Source: an uncultured Rhabdochlamydiaceae bacterium
GTDB lineage: Bacteria; Chlamydiota; Chlamydiia; Chlamydiales; Rhabdochlamydiaceae
Length of the DNA: 64,000 bases
Assembly (NCBI GenBank): GCA_963712275.1
Contig: CAVQHD010000001.1
Coordinates: forward strand, 288,001-352,000
Reading direction: 5' to 3'
Shown here: positions 41,701 to 50,086 of the stretch, piece by piece
Numbering within the stretch: the stretch's first letter is position 1
How the letters are laid out: the number at the start of each line of letters is the position of its first letter
Translations under genes and position numbers: made by a program
The notes under the pieces: model-generated
Told to the model about the DNA's origin: nothing
The model's database searches: none
The model's input: only the letters and a program-made list of their open reading frames with translations

Positions 41701-44700
41701 CAATATTGCCTCCATTACTTGTAAATGTAGCGGCGATAAGAACGGCGACAGGGCTCGTGTGAGAAATCGTGGCATTTTGTGTGGTGACTGTTCCTCCTAA
41801 GTTCACAAGTCCTGTTCCATTTTGTGTAAAAGCTCCTCCTCCATTTAAAGTGACCATACTCGAGCCTGTTCCTGTTAGGAGGCCGCTATTAGTGACTGTG
41901 AGAGGACCCCCATTTGTCGTGTTGATCGTGCCGTTGCCTATAAAATTATTACCTGTCAAAGTAATGCCGCTTGCTGTATTGGTATCAAGATCGCCGTTAA
42001 GAGTTGAGGTCCCACTGCCGCTTAACTGAGTTACAGAAGCTGCTGTGATCGATTGGACTACAACATCTTGTGCACTTGTAATCGTAAAGACTCCTATGCG
42101 GGGAGATCCTAGGTCGCCACCGATCATGATATCCCCGGCGCCTGCCGTTAAGGTCACATCAAAAGCACCTCCCCCTCCATTTGACAAGGTGATATTTCCA
42201 CCCCCTGAATTGAAAATAACGCCATGTGTGAAAGTAATGGAAGAAGCAATTGAAAGGGCTCCAGCTGTTGTGATATTAGCGCCAAGAGAAACACCGCCGC
42301 TCCCTGTTTGGGTAAAGCTCGTGCTGGCGCTTATTGGCGCGGTAGAGGGCACCGTTAAAGTTCCGGAATTTGCAATAGCAATTGAACCTGTTGTTGTCGT
42401 CACCGTATTATTAAAGGTCACGGCAGTCCCTGTTAAGTTCATTGCAGTTGCTGTCACCGTGCCATTAAATGTCGTAGGCCCTGTCGCTGAAGTAATTGTT
42501 AGTGGACCTGCCATGGTCGCATTGGCGTTAACAAGAATCGTCGCTGCACTTGGAATCGTCATTCCTGTTAGAGGAGTTGTTTGGCCAATGGTTCCCTGTA
42601 AATCGATATTTCCGGCCCCTGCAGTCAGTGTGAATGTTTGAGCTCCATCCACTGCTCCATCTAAAGTGATATTACTCCCGCCCGCTCCAGAGTTGAGAGC
42701 AACAGGTGCTGTTAATGTTAAAGCAGATGCAAAGCTAATCGCACCATTTGCCGTTGTGATCGATCCTCCAGATGAGACGGACCCGGCTCCATTTTGAGTG
42801 AATGCTCCGCTAAGAGAAAAAGTTTTACCGTTTGCAATCGTGAAGAGCCCTGAATTTGTCACCGTCATCACCCCGCCTGCAGAAGTCGTGACGTTTTGAT
42901 TGAAGGTCAAAGCATTCCCTGAAAGGACAATCCCTGCTGAGGCAGACGTTGCAACCGTTCCATTAAAGAGGGCAGTCCCTGTCATGCTGGAGGCAGCCAT
43001 TGAAGAGGCTGCCACAGAAGAAGAGAAGGTCAGGTTATCTGCGCTTTGGATAGTAAGCACCCCCAGGGAACTGATCGAGCCGACAGCCCCAGAAATCGCA
43101 ATATTTCCAGAGGCAGCGTTTAAAGTCAGAGGTTCTGGGGTGCCTCCGCTGTCAATAGTGCTGCCGAATGTAATATTTCCAGATCCTGCGCTGCTATCAA
43201 ATGTCGCAGGGCCTGTCAGTGTGGTCGCGCCATCCAAAGTGATGCTTGATGTATTTGTTGTAATGGTCCCTGCAATTTGAACAGCGCCTGTTCCATTTTG
43301 TAGATAAGCTCCACTCACTGTAGCGGCGCCCCCGATGAAAAGACCTGAATTGGTCACCGTAAAGGCACCTCCGCCTGTCGTTGTCACAGATCCATTTTGC
43401 GTGATGTTATTTCCCGTCAGAGCAATTCCTGCAGCCCCACTTGTCGTCAAATTTCCATTGAAAGTCGAAGTGCCGCTTCCCTCCAGCTGCGTGATAGAGG
43501 CGGCAGAGATGGCTTGGGTTGTCACATTATTCGCGCTATTGATCGTCAGGGCATTGATCGGAGTGGTTCCTCCAATCGCTGCAGAAATAGTGATGTTGCC
43601 TGTTCCTGCAGTTAAGTTCAGATTTTGATCTCCGTCTACTGTGCTGGAAATTAAGATATCTCCTCCGCCATCACTATTCAATGTGGCTCCCTGCGTCAAA
43701 AGGATCGCGTTTGCAAAGGTGATATTGGAATCGCTTGCATGGAGGGTTCCCGCAAGTGAAATGGCGCCGGTGCCGCTCTCTGTAAAAGGACCTGAAAGGA
43801 GTGTCGAAGCCCCAAACGTGAGAGAAGAGGGGGCTGTGTGATGGATTAAAAAAGGTCCGCTAGCGGTTGTAATCACAGAACCGTTCAACGTAAAGGCGGC
43901 ACCTGTCAAGTTGATGCCGCCGATGGCACTCGTATTTAGATTTCCGGTTAAAGTCGTTGTCCCTGTTCCTGCCGATTGTACAATGCTTGCTGCTGTAATT
44001 CCTTGCGTTGAAACATTATCGGCAGAAGAGATGGTGAGGGTGCCAAGAGGGGTGATTGACCCCACGGCTCCTGAGATCGTTAGGCTTCCGCCTCCAGCAG
44101 CTATTGTGAGATTATTGGATCCATCGACGGTATTTGATAAAGTGATATTTTGAGAAGCGGCTGCTGTACTTAAAGTAGCAGTTCCAGCAATGGTGATAGG
44201 TCCTGCGATAGAGATGATGCCGCCAGTTGTGATCGATCCTGCAAGGGAGACTCCTCCCGCGGTGGTTTGAGAAAAAGCGCCTGCAATCGTCCCAACCGTT
44301 CCTGAAGCAAACGAAAGAAGAGCCGAGTTGTTAACGGTTAAAGGGCCGCCTCCAGTAGTCGTCACGTTATTATCAAAGGTAAAGGCTGTTCCTGTAAGAC
44401 TAATTCCTGTCGCTGTACTTGTTTGAACAGCTCCATTAAATGTTGTCGATACAGAGCCGCTTGCCTGAGTGAATGATGAAGCGGTGATTTTCTGCGTTGA
44501 AACAACTCCTGCATGATTAATGAGAATATCAGTTAAGGGAACTGAATCGCCTAAATCACCTCCCAAGGTCGTATTGCCTGTCCCGCTTGACAAAGTGAGT
44601 GTTTCCGCCCCATCAACGGTGCTGGAAAGGGTAATGGAGCCTGCCCCTACACCTGAATTTAAAGTGGAAGCGCCCGTTAAGGTCATGGGGCTGGCAAATG

Positions 44701-47700
44701 AGATCGCCGCATTGTTTGTGAGCACAATCCCAGAAAACTGCACCCCTCCTGCTCCATTTTGCGTAAAGGTACTCGAAAGCGAAGTCGAATTGCCGGCAAC
44801 GAGCGTCAGAAGGCCTGAGTTTGTGATGGTGAAAGGCCCCCCTCCACTCGTGATCAAGTTCCCATTAATTGAGAAAAGATTCCCTGTGAGCTGAACGCCT
44901 GCAGCTCCGCTTGTATTGAAATCTCCAGCATAAGTCGATGTTCCGCTGGCTCCGACCTGATTAATGGAGGCAGCTTTGATTCCCAAAGCAGAGATATTGG
45001 TTGCGCTGTTGATTGTGAGGGCCCCAAGGCGTGTCAAACTTCCCACTGCGCTGTCAAAGGTGATATTTCCGGTCCCTGCGGTTAACGCAAGACTTCCTGC
45101 CCCATCAACAGTATTAGCGAAGATGATGCTTCCTCCTCCTGTGCTAAGGGCTGTAGCGCCTGTTAATATCACTGCGCTTCCAAATTGAATGTTGTGGTTT
45201 GTCGTTGTGATCGATCCTGCCGATTGGACACTGCCTGCTCCACTTTGTGTAAAAGGGCCTGTCAAAGTAAAGACGGCAGGGGAAGAAAGAACGAGCGTCC
45301 CACTCACTGTTAAATTTGCTGGACCGGTATTTGTGGTATTAAGCGCGTTATTAAAGGTGACATTGGTGGCCGTAATTGAGAGGCCTGCGACTGTATTTAA
45401 ATTGACAACCCCATTAAACGTGGTAATGCCTGTTCCTGCACTCTGATCGAAAGCCCCGAGAGTAAGCGCGCTTGCTGTAAAGTTATTTGTTGAATTCACA
45501 GTCATAGTTCCAAGGCGCGTGACAGCTCCAACAGCGCCTGTAAAGGTGATATTTCCATTCCCAACGTTTAAAGTTAAATTCTGGCTTCCGTTAACAGTTT
45601 TGGAGAAGAAAATATTTCCGGTTCCGGCTCCTGTATTCAAAGAAGTCACACCCCCTAAAGTCACAGGGGGTCCAAAAGAGATATTTTGACCATTAGTCAT
45701 TATAGTCCCTGCAAGGGTTGTTGTCCCTGCACCCGCATCGATAAAAGCTCCATTAATTGACAAAATCAGGCCGTTTGCAATGGTGAGCAGTCCAGAGTGC
45801 GTGATCGAAAGGGGTCCACTATTTGTCGTTGTGATACCGGCATTGAGTGTAAAATTTGTCCCTGTGAGCGAAATACCGGAAGCGCTGGTTGTGCTCACAG
45901 CTCCATTAAAAGTTGTTGTGCCTGTTCCTGCGCTTTGCGTGATTGAACCTGCTGAGATGGCATTTGCCGTTACATTTGCTGCGCTGGAGATTGTGAGAGA
46001 AGCGGGAGGAGTTGTTCCACCGACAGCGCCGGTCAATGTTATGACCCCTGTTCCTCCGGTTAGCGTTAGCACTTGCCCTGCTCCATCCACAGTACTGTTA
46101 AAGGAGATATTGGCATTAGTCGATGTGATATTGCTTGTACCGATTAAGTTGACAGGACTGGGGAATATTAGGGGATTTGCTCCTGAGACGGTGATGCTTC
46201 CAATTTGAATGAGCCCGGCGCTTGTAAAGACAAGATTGGTCAGTGGAGTAGTTGCTCCGATGGAGTCTCCAAAAGAGATCGTTCCTCCAGTTCCTGCCCG
46301 AAGGGTCAAAACCGTTGCCCCATTAATGGTTCCGTTGGAAAAACTAATAGAGGCTCCTGCCGGGGTCCCGCCGTTATTTGTCGTATCAAAAGTGGGGTTC
46401 CCCGCGATGGTAATGGCTCCTTGTACACCAATGGCCTGACCGCTTGTCGTAATATTCCCATTGATGCTGACAGCAGTAGAACCGAAGTAGGCTACCTGTC
46501 CGGTTGTTGTGACTGTTGAACTTTGGATGATTGACGCCGTCGAGAATATGGTCAAACTCGATAAAGGCGTGAGCGACCCGACAGCGCCACTTAGCGTCAC
46601 AACTCCGGCTGTTCCTCCTTTTAAAACTAAGCTCTGCGCTCCGTCAAGGGTGCTGGAAAAACTGATATTGGCTCCTGCCGAAGTCCCGCCGCCATTGGTT
46701 GTATCAAAGGTTGGGGACGTTGTGAGGCTGACAGGCCCTGTCATGGTAATGATCCCGCCGCTTGTCGTGATATTTCCATTGACGTTGATGGCGGTAGAGC
46801 CGGTGTAGCTTAATGCTCCGGTTGTTCTTGCCGTTGAACTTTGCGTGATGGTCGCTGCTGTCGCTGCCAGGCTTCCTACAGGCGTGGTACCTCCAACAGC
46901 GCCGGTAAAGGTCGTTATCCCTGTTCCTCCGGTCAGCGTCAGCGCCTGAGCGCCATTTAGAGTGCTGTTAAAGGAGATATTGGCATTATTAGAAGTAATG
47001 TTACTAGTTCCGGTTAAACTGACAGGACTTGGAAACGTCAGGGGATTTGCTCCTGTCATCGTAATATTATTTCCAATCTGAATGAGTGCAGCACTTGTAA
47101 AGGAGAGGTTTGTTAAAGGAGTTATCCCCCCAACAGCACCTGTAAAAGAAACAGTTCCTCCTGTTCCTGCCCGAAGTGTCAAGGCCGTTGCCCCATCGAG
47201 TGTGTTAGAAAAACTAATGTTAGCACCTGAGGAAGACGCTCCTGCGTTCGTCGTGTCAAAGGTGATCGGGGTGTTCGTGATGTCAACGAGCCCTGCCATG
47301 GTAATGCTGCCGCCACTTGTCGTGATATTTCCATTGATGTTGCTGAAGACAGAAGCCGTGTAGCTTAACGCTCCGGTTGTTCTTACCGTCGAACTTTGTG
47401 TAATGTTTTTTGCCGTTACGGTTAAACTTGTTAAAGGTGTCGTCCCTCCAACAGCATCAGAAAACTGCGCCCCCCCTGTTCCTGCTACTATAGTCAGGGC
47501 TTGTGCTCCATTCAAGATGGTACTAAAGTTGATAACGGCATTTAAGTTAGAGGTGATCACGCTTGTCCCTATCAAGCTAACAGGGCATGGAAACCCCAGC
47601 GAACTTGCTGACACCGTGATATTACTGCCGATCTGAATGAGGTTCGCGGAGATAAACGAAAGGTCTATTGGAGGAGCAGTATTTCCCACTGCTCCGCCAA

Positions 47701-50086
47701 ATGTTATAGTTCCACCCGTTCCAGCCGTGATCGCAACTGGCGTCGCACCATTCAACGTACTTGTGAAGTCGATATTCGCCCCAGCTGGCGTCCCTCCTAA
47801 ATTCGTACTATCAAAAGAAGTCGGGAAGCCACTGGCAACAACAGGCCCTGTCATTGTAATCGCGCCGCCGCTAGTTGTGACATTACTGCCCCCAATGTTA
47901 ATAGCGGTTGTGCCTATATAGCTAAAAGCTCCTGTTGTTTTTGCACTTGAGCTTTGTGTGATGGTCGCAGCTGTTGCAGATAAACTCGACAAAGGTGTAA
48001 CTCCACCAACCGCCCCGCTAAATGTTACAGTTCCACCCGTTCCAGCTCGGATCGAAACTGGCGCCCCACCATTCAACGTACTTGTGAAGTTGATATTCGC
48101 CCCAGCTGGCGCCCCTCCTGCATCCGTGCTATCGAAAGTCGGGCTGCCGCTGACGACAACAGGCCCCGTCATTGTAATCGCGTTGCCGGCAGTCGTAACA
48201 TTACCTCCGATGTTAATAGCGGTTGTCCCTGTATAACTAAGAGCTCCTCCTACTGTTGCGGCAGTTGAGCTTTGCGTGATAGTCGCACCAGTAGCTGTAA
48301 GGGTTAAGATAGGTGTTGCTCCACCAACAGCGCCAGTTAGCGTCACAACCCCGCTTGTTCCTCCAGTTAAAGTTAAAATTTGATTACCATCGACTGTATT
48401 CGAAAAGGTAATATTGCCACCTGCAGGAGAGCCTCCACCATTCGTTGTATCAAGAGTTACACTCTCCTCTAAAGTGACCACCCCATTTAAAGCAATCGCT
48501 CCACCCTTTGTTGTGATCGATCCATTGATAAAGAGGATGAGGCCCCCACTTGGAGCTCCTGTTCCTGCGGTTAAGGTTAGACCGACCCCCGGTGTCGTCA
48601 TTGCTATCGGACTCTCAATTTCAATGACTGAGTTACTTGCATTTTGCGCACAAATCGCTACATTGCTTGCCGAGCCTGTAAAAGCTGTAGGATCAATAGT
48701 AAATGGTCCACCAGTTCCACAGTTTGGCGAAGAGACATCAGCTAAAGCTGCACCTCCTCCAGTCGCAATAATGACAAGGCCGGGATCTAGCAGCCACTCC
48801 CCAAACTTTCCATGTGGAGCAGACGTGTCGACAAAGCCGGTCTGAACATCAAGCCCTATTTTCCCCGATGTTTCAACAAATCCCCCGTCACCTCCTTCAG
48901 GCCCGCCTCGGGCGCAGATCTTGCCGTTAAAATAAGTCGCGCCATCTGCCCAAACAATGACTTTTCCTCCATCTCCTATCCTCAATGCATCGGCAAACAC
49001 ACATGTTTCTGCGTCGAAAACTGTCTCAAGCGCTGGTCTGATATTGCCTTTTCCCTGGTAGTCTCCTCCGATGAAGGCCACTCCTCCACCAGCATCTCCA
49101 GAAACATCGATCTGGGCCCCTTTCAAATGAACATAGTCTCCTAGAAGATGGACCGTTCCTCCTTTTTCATTCTCTTGTCGATTGGAAGCGTCGATTGTGC
49201 CTTCAGCAATAACTCGTGCATGGGGTCCGCTATCAATATGGACTGTATCGGCAGCAATGCAACTGCCTGCGACAAGATGAATAACTCCACCGACTTCTTC
49301 TATCTCGGCCGCCGCAATGGCGCCATCAGTATTGACGACCATTTTAATCGCTTTTTGCGCAGTCCGCATCGAAAGTTCAACAGAGCCCCGAGCTGATTCA
49401 ATCGTGCCATAGTTTGCAATCAGAGCCTCTTCGAGCTCTCCGTCCACGGCAAATTGGATCAGGCCATCTCCTGCCAAGTCGAGCGTAACGCGCTCTGCCG
49501 AGGCTAAAATAATTTTCTCAGCCCTAGCTAGAATGGTGCCGTGGTTTTGGATGATGGGGGCAAAAAAAGCAACAAAACCTTCGGGACTAGCAGCGATGGT
49601 TCCTTCATTGATGATCTGTGCTTTTTCAGCCCCTGGTTCTAGGAAGAAATGGTACTTGTCATTTAAAAAATCTTCATCCCGAATGTTCAAGGTCGAAGCT
49701 AGAAAAGAAGCTGCATTAACAGTCGCCTTTGGGCCTATATAAATGCCATTTGGATTTACGAGAAAAACACGGCCATTCGCACTCAGTTTACCTAGAAGTT
49801 TACTTGGATCTCCCCCTTTGACACGATTTAAAACGATCGATTTTCTTGAGGGTTGAACAAACTCAACGTGCTCCCCGTCTCCGATGTTAAATTTTTGGAA
49901 GTTAATGATCGCTTTATTAGAAGTTGTGACTTTAAGAGAGGATGGATCTCCAGAAGAAAAATCGGCCTGGCCGGCTGCAACCTCACCCTGCTGCGGCAAA
50001 GCAACAAGAGTCGACGATATCATCAACGTAAAGATTTGCGCCCAAATGGAGTTTTGCAACTGGCTCATTAGATACGTCTTTTTCAA
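35777..50086 (-). CDS. Giant filamentous-haemagglutinin-like TpsA exoprotein (4769 aa)
   Basis: TPS domain (LNRVKGGDPS...GKLSANGRVFLVNPNG), GGFVETSG, long G/T/S/A-rich beta-helix repeats. Confidence 0.92.
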   Translation of the reverse strand: MKKTYLMSQLQNSIWAQIFTLMISSTLVALPQQGEVAAGQADFSSGDPSSLKVTTSNKAIINFQKFNIGDGEHVEFVQPSRKSIVLNRVKGGDPSKLLGKLSANGRVFLVNPNGIYIGPKATVNAASFLASTLNIRDEDFLNDKYHFFLEPGAEKAQIINEGTIAASPEGFVAFFAPIIQNHGTILARAEKIILASAERVTLDLAGDGLIQFAVDGELEEALIANYGTIESARGSVELSMRTAQKAIKMVVNTDGAIAAAEIEEVGGVIHLVAGSCIAADTVHIDSGPHARVIAEGTIDASNRQENEKGGTVHLLGDYVHLKGAQIDVSGDAGGGVAFIGGDYQGKGNIRPALETVFDAETCVFADALRIGDGGKVIVWADGATYFNGKICARGGPEGGDGGFVETSGKIGLDVQTGFVDTSAPHGKFGEWLLDPGLVIIATGGGAALADVSSPNCGTGGPFTIDPTAFTGSASNVAICAQNASNSVIEIESPIAMTTPGVGLTLTAGTGAPSGGLILFINGSITTKGGAIALNGVVTLEESVTLDTTNGGGSPAGGNITFSNTVDGNQILTLTGGTSGVVTLTGAVGGATPILTLTATGATITQSSTAATVGGALSYTGTTAINIGGNVTTAGNAITMTGPVVVSGSPTFDSTDAGGAPAGANINFTSTLNGGAPVSIRAGTGGTVTFSGAVGGVTPLSSLSATAATITQSSSAKTTGAFSYIGTTAINIGGSNVTTSGGAITMTGPVVASGFPTSFDSTNLGGTPAGANIDFTSTLNGATPVAITAGTGGTITFGGAVGNTAPPIDLSFISANLIQIGSNITVSASSLGFPCPVSLIGTSVITSNLNAVINFSTILNGAQALTIVAGTGGAQFSDAVGGTTPLTSLTVTAKNITQSSTVRTTGALSYTASVFSNINGNITTSGGSITMAGLVDITNTPITFDTTNAGASSSGANISFSNTLDGATALTLRAGTGGTVSFTGAVGGITPLTNLSFTSAALIQIGNNITMTGANPLTFPSPVSLTGTSNITSNNANISFNSTLNGAQALTLTGGTGITTFTGAVGGTTPVGSLAATAATITQSSTARTTGALSYTGSTAINVNGNITTSGGIITMTGPVSLTTSPTFDTTNGGGTSAGANISFSSTLDGAQSLVLKGGTAGVVTLSGAVGSLTPLSSLTIFSTASIIQSSTVTTTGQVAYFGSTAVSINGNITTSGQAIGVQGAITIAGNPTFDTTNNGGTPAGASISFSNGTINGATVLTLRAGTGGTISFGDSIGATTPLTNLVFTSAGLIQIGSITVSGANPLIFPSPVNLIGTSNITSTNANISFNSTVDGAGQVLTLTGGTGVITLTGAVGGTTPPASLTISSAANVTANAISAGSITQSAGTGTTTFNGAVSTTSASGISLTGTNFTLNAGITTTNSGPLSITHSGLLTIANGLILSINGAFIDAGAGTTTLAGTIMTNGQNISFGPPVTLGGVTSLNTGAGTGNIFFSKTVNGSQNLTLNVGNGNITFTGAVGAVTRLGTMTVNSTNNFTASALTLGAFDQSAGTGITTFNGVVNLNTVAGLSITATNVTFNNALNTTNTGPANLTVSGTLVLSSPAVFTLTGPFTQSGAGSVQSAGSITTTNHNIQFGSAVILTGATALSTGGGSIIFANTVDGAGSLALTAGTGNITFDSAVGSLTRLGALTINSATNISALGIKAASINQVGASGTSTYAGDFNTSGAAGVQLTGNLFSINGNLITSGGGPFTITNSGLLTLVAGNSTSLSSTFTQNGAGGVQFSGIVLTNNAAISFASPMTLTGASTLNSGVGAGSITLSSTVDGAETLTLSSGTGNTTLGGDLGDSVPLTDILINHAGVVSTQKITASSFTQASGSVSTTFNGAVQTSTATGISLTGTAFTFDNNVTTTGGGPLTVNNSALLSFASGTVGTIAGAFSQTTAGGVSLAGSITTGGIISIAGPITIAGTATLSTAAASQNITLSNTVDGSNNLTIAAGGGSLTISGAVGSITPLGTLTISSADNVSTQGITAASIVQSAGTGTTTLTGNLNTSAIGGINLTGAAFTLNGSVITTASGPFLIHHTAPSSLTFGASTLLSGPFTESGTGAISLAGTLHASDSNITFANAILLTQGATLNSDGGGDILISSTVDGDQNLNLTAGTGNITISAAIGGTTPINALTINSANNVTTQAISAASITQLEGSGTSTFNGNLTTSGAAGIALTGNNITQNGSVTTTGGGAFTVTNSGLFIGGAATVSGAYLQNGTGAVQIAGTITTNTSSITLDGATTLTGPATFDSSAGSGNITFGSTIDSGGTPEPLTLNAASGNIAISGAVGSISSLGVLTIQSADNLTFSSSVAASSMAASSMTGTALFNGTVATSASAGIVLSGNALTFNQNVTTSAGGVMTVTNSGLFTIANGKTFSLSGAFTQNGAGSVSSGGSITTANGAISFASALTLTAPVALNSGAGGSNITLDGAVDGAQTFTLTAGAGNIDLQGTIGQTTPLTGMTIPSAATILVNANATMAGPLTITSATGPTTFNGTVTATAMNLTGTAVTFNNTVTTTTGSIAIANSGTLTVPSTAPISASTSFTQTGSGGVSLGANITTAGALSIASSITFTHGVIFNSGGGNITLSNGGGGAFDVTLTAGAGDIMIGGDLGSPRIGVFTITSAQDVVVQSITAASVTQLSGSGTSTLNGDLDTNTASGITLTGNNFIGNGTINTTNGGPLTVTNSGLLTGTGSSMVTLNGGGAFTQNGTGLVNLGGTVTTQNATISHTSPVAVLIAATFTSNGGNIVFMNTVNGPACLTTDAGTGNVQFEAPVGAITPLGCLTATGAQIFQTSSLQSTGAVNETTTVGSFVGGNITTNGSDITFTGNLVTQTSLEISTGGGAGNISVSGTVNGSTAGQNLTLETTTGNITLSGSTGSGTPFNNLTLGADNITWGNLGSPGTGVTGTTSVTATANINFTGTSYNGSNQTYTAGALSNFNFTAGVATSVSSNASPITFASGTIQLNNDLTLNSSGATITMGDLLGTGFNFTVNAGVGAYNFMQIGALGQDLNDVTLTSNHFTPTPVLGTNVFAASLNVNSSTPVTISSNQTITNLTYNSPVIFQGNIQYTCGTSGTITFNDTVDANTAGVDTLSFDFSTCPGSVIFNAPIGSVAPLASLSVNAAIDVMVNSTIDVGAFSVTNGTGTTTLQSGITSTAVGGIAITTPTINLAGSITTASGGGVVLDNSGALTVTPGASFGISGSFQQTGAGSVSISGTIATDDAAIEFTGPVTLSGNMTLSSMVATGGDISFASTIQGTSSIVLTAGSGDITFGGGVGLLATPVHDLQIISARNVTASSSIFAHTLTQFAGTALTTFDGTLSTIDVGGIQLTGSAFTFDNNVTTTNGGPVIITNSGALTVSSATYSIAGAWTQNGTGSSTIAGTITTGGAISFARGVTLSGTTALDASSNSQNITFSSTLTNDLVTAHNLTLNAGGGNILFSGSVGTTPIGALVISNAKNVTAGAISASSISQVAGTGMTTITGNLATSGVLGINLVGTNFNINDTVTTTNGGPFSLTNTGPLSLTLGNGTMIGGSFTQSGGGAVSLAGTIATSNQNISFANAITLAGSTVLSSGPGAGTITLSNTVDGGQTLSLTAGTGNIIFGGNLGATTPLGNLVVNTVQNITYPIVNASSIVQAASTGTTTITGPLSTTGASGVSIMGGVINQMGSITTTGGGPVLLINTGTLTIAGATTASGSYTQSGGGSVNLGAAVATTNNTISFANPVTLTADVAVHSGPINGNITFTATIQGAHSLTIHADAGTITLGGNVGGITPLTSLVLDKAGNISTQGIIAGSITQNMGTGTTTFNGALLASGATGITLQGTAFTFNNTVTTSSGPLVLTNSGLATFNAAAVGSISGALTQNGAGTVQLSSSITAGGVVTFSAPVLTSGTASLDTHVASEPITFLNTVDGPGNLTLATGTNDITFSGNAGSVMPLGALQITTARNVTAAGIKAASIVQMAGTGTTTLTGNLNTSGASGINLTGTTFALNGSVITTASGPFLIHHTALSSLTFGSSTLLSGPFTETGSGIISLAGTLHASNSNISFANPITLTQTTTLNSDGGGDILISNTVDGNQTLNLIAGTGNITFLAAVGGITPINSITISSANNVSAQAISAGFITQVAGSGLTTFNGALATTNMNGINLTGSQFTFDASVSTLGSGPVQVTNTGLLTLSAAAPMSLTGSFSQLGIGAVSLCDTITTSGAAILFTGPVTLCNTVNLSTSGAATNITFLNTITGLQNLNLQAGLGDITFAQNVGPLGAFQVTNEKIFTSQSITATSILLSGVSMAATVSGNLTTSGPSGITLSGAAFTLNGNETTTGGGPFTATNSGLLTFASNAVLSIDGPFLQNGTGHVTGGGSLTTNNQPIQFQARYDLTGNLAISAGSTGADITIEEIEGSFNLTLDAQAGDVTINQVIGDATPLVNFTVTSAHDINLNGVGTATAGVTGALTLNASNNINLANTVYTANTQAYSAGSDINFNAGAQTNLTSFGTPIAFTSGMAILSMSNDLNVITNNGTFSFVSIVGTSFENIMINTGTGLAALSAIHSLGTINNFFVNAGQVTFSAPIDPVNVNIVSLGAISNTGAPVLITSVNTSNFNALGGNVGSLTSPILVNSSNQIFAGAGGSSRSLADFDGTSIDNTVHPIPSNPPCTLIFNGVVLQDCAPAPIPPAPPVVVIIPSFPFAVPGMDSSYFNLASDYFFKSYFFDDTYLRKETAVYYR
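50033..50068. repeat. Family C half-element inside the TpsA signal-peptide coding region
   Basis: GATTTGCGCCCAAATGGAGTTTTGCAACTGGCTC matches the right arms of the elements at 51804-51865 and 60325-60376. Confidence 0.8.
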
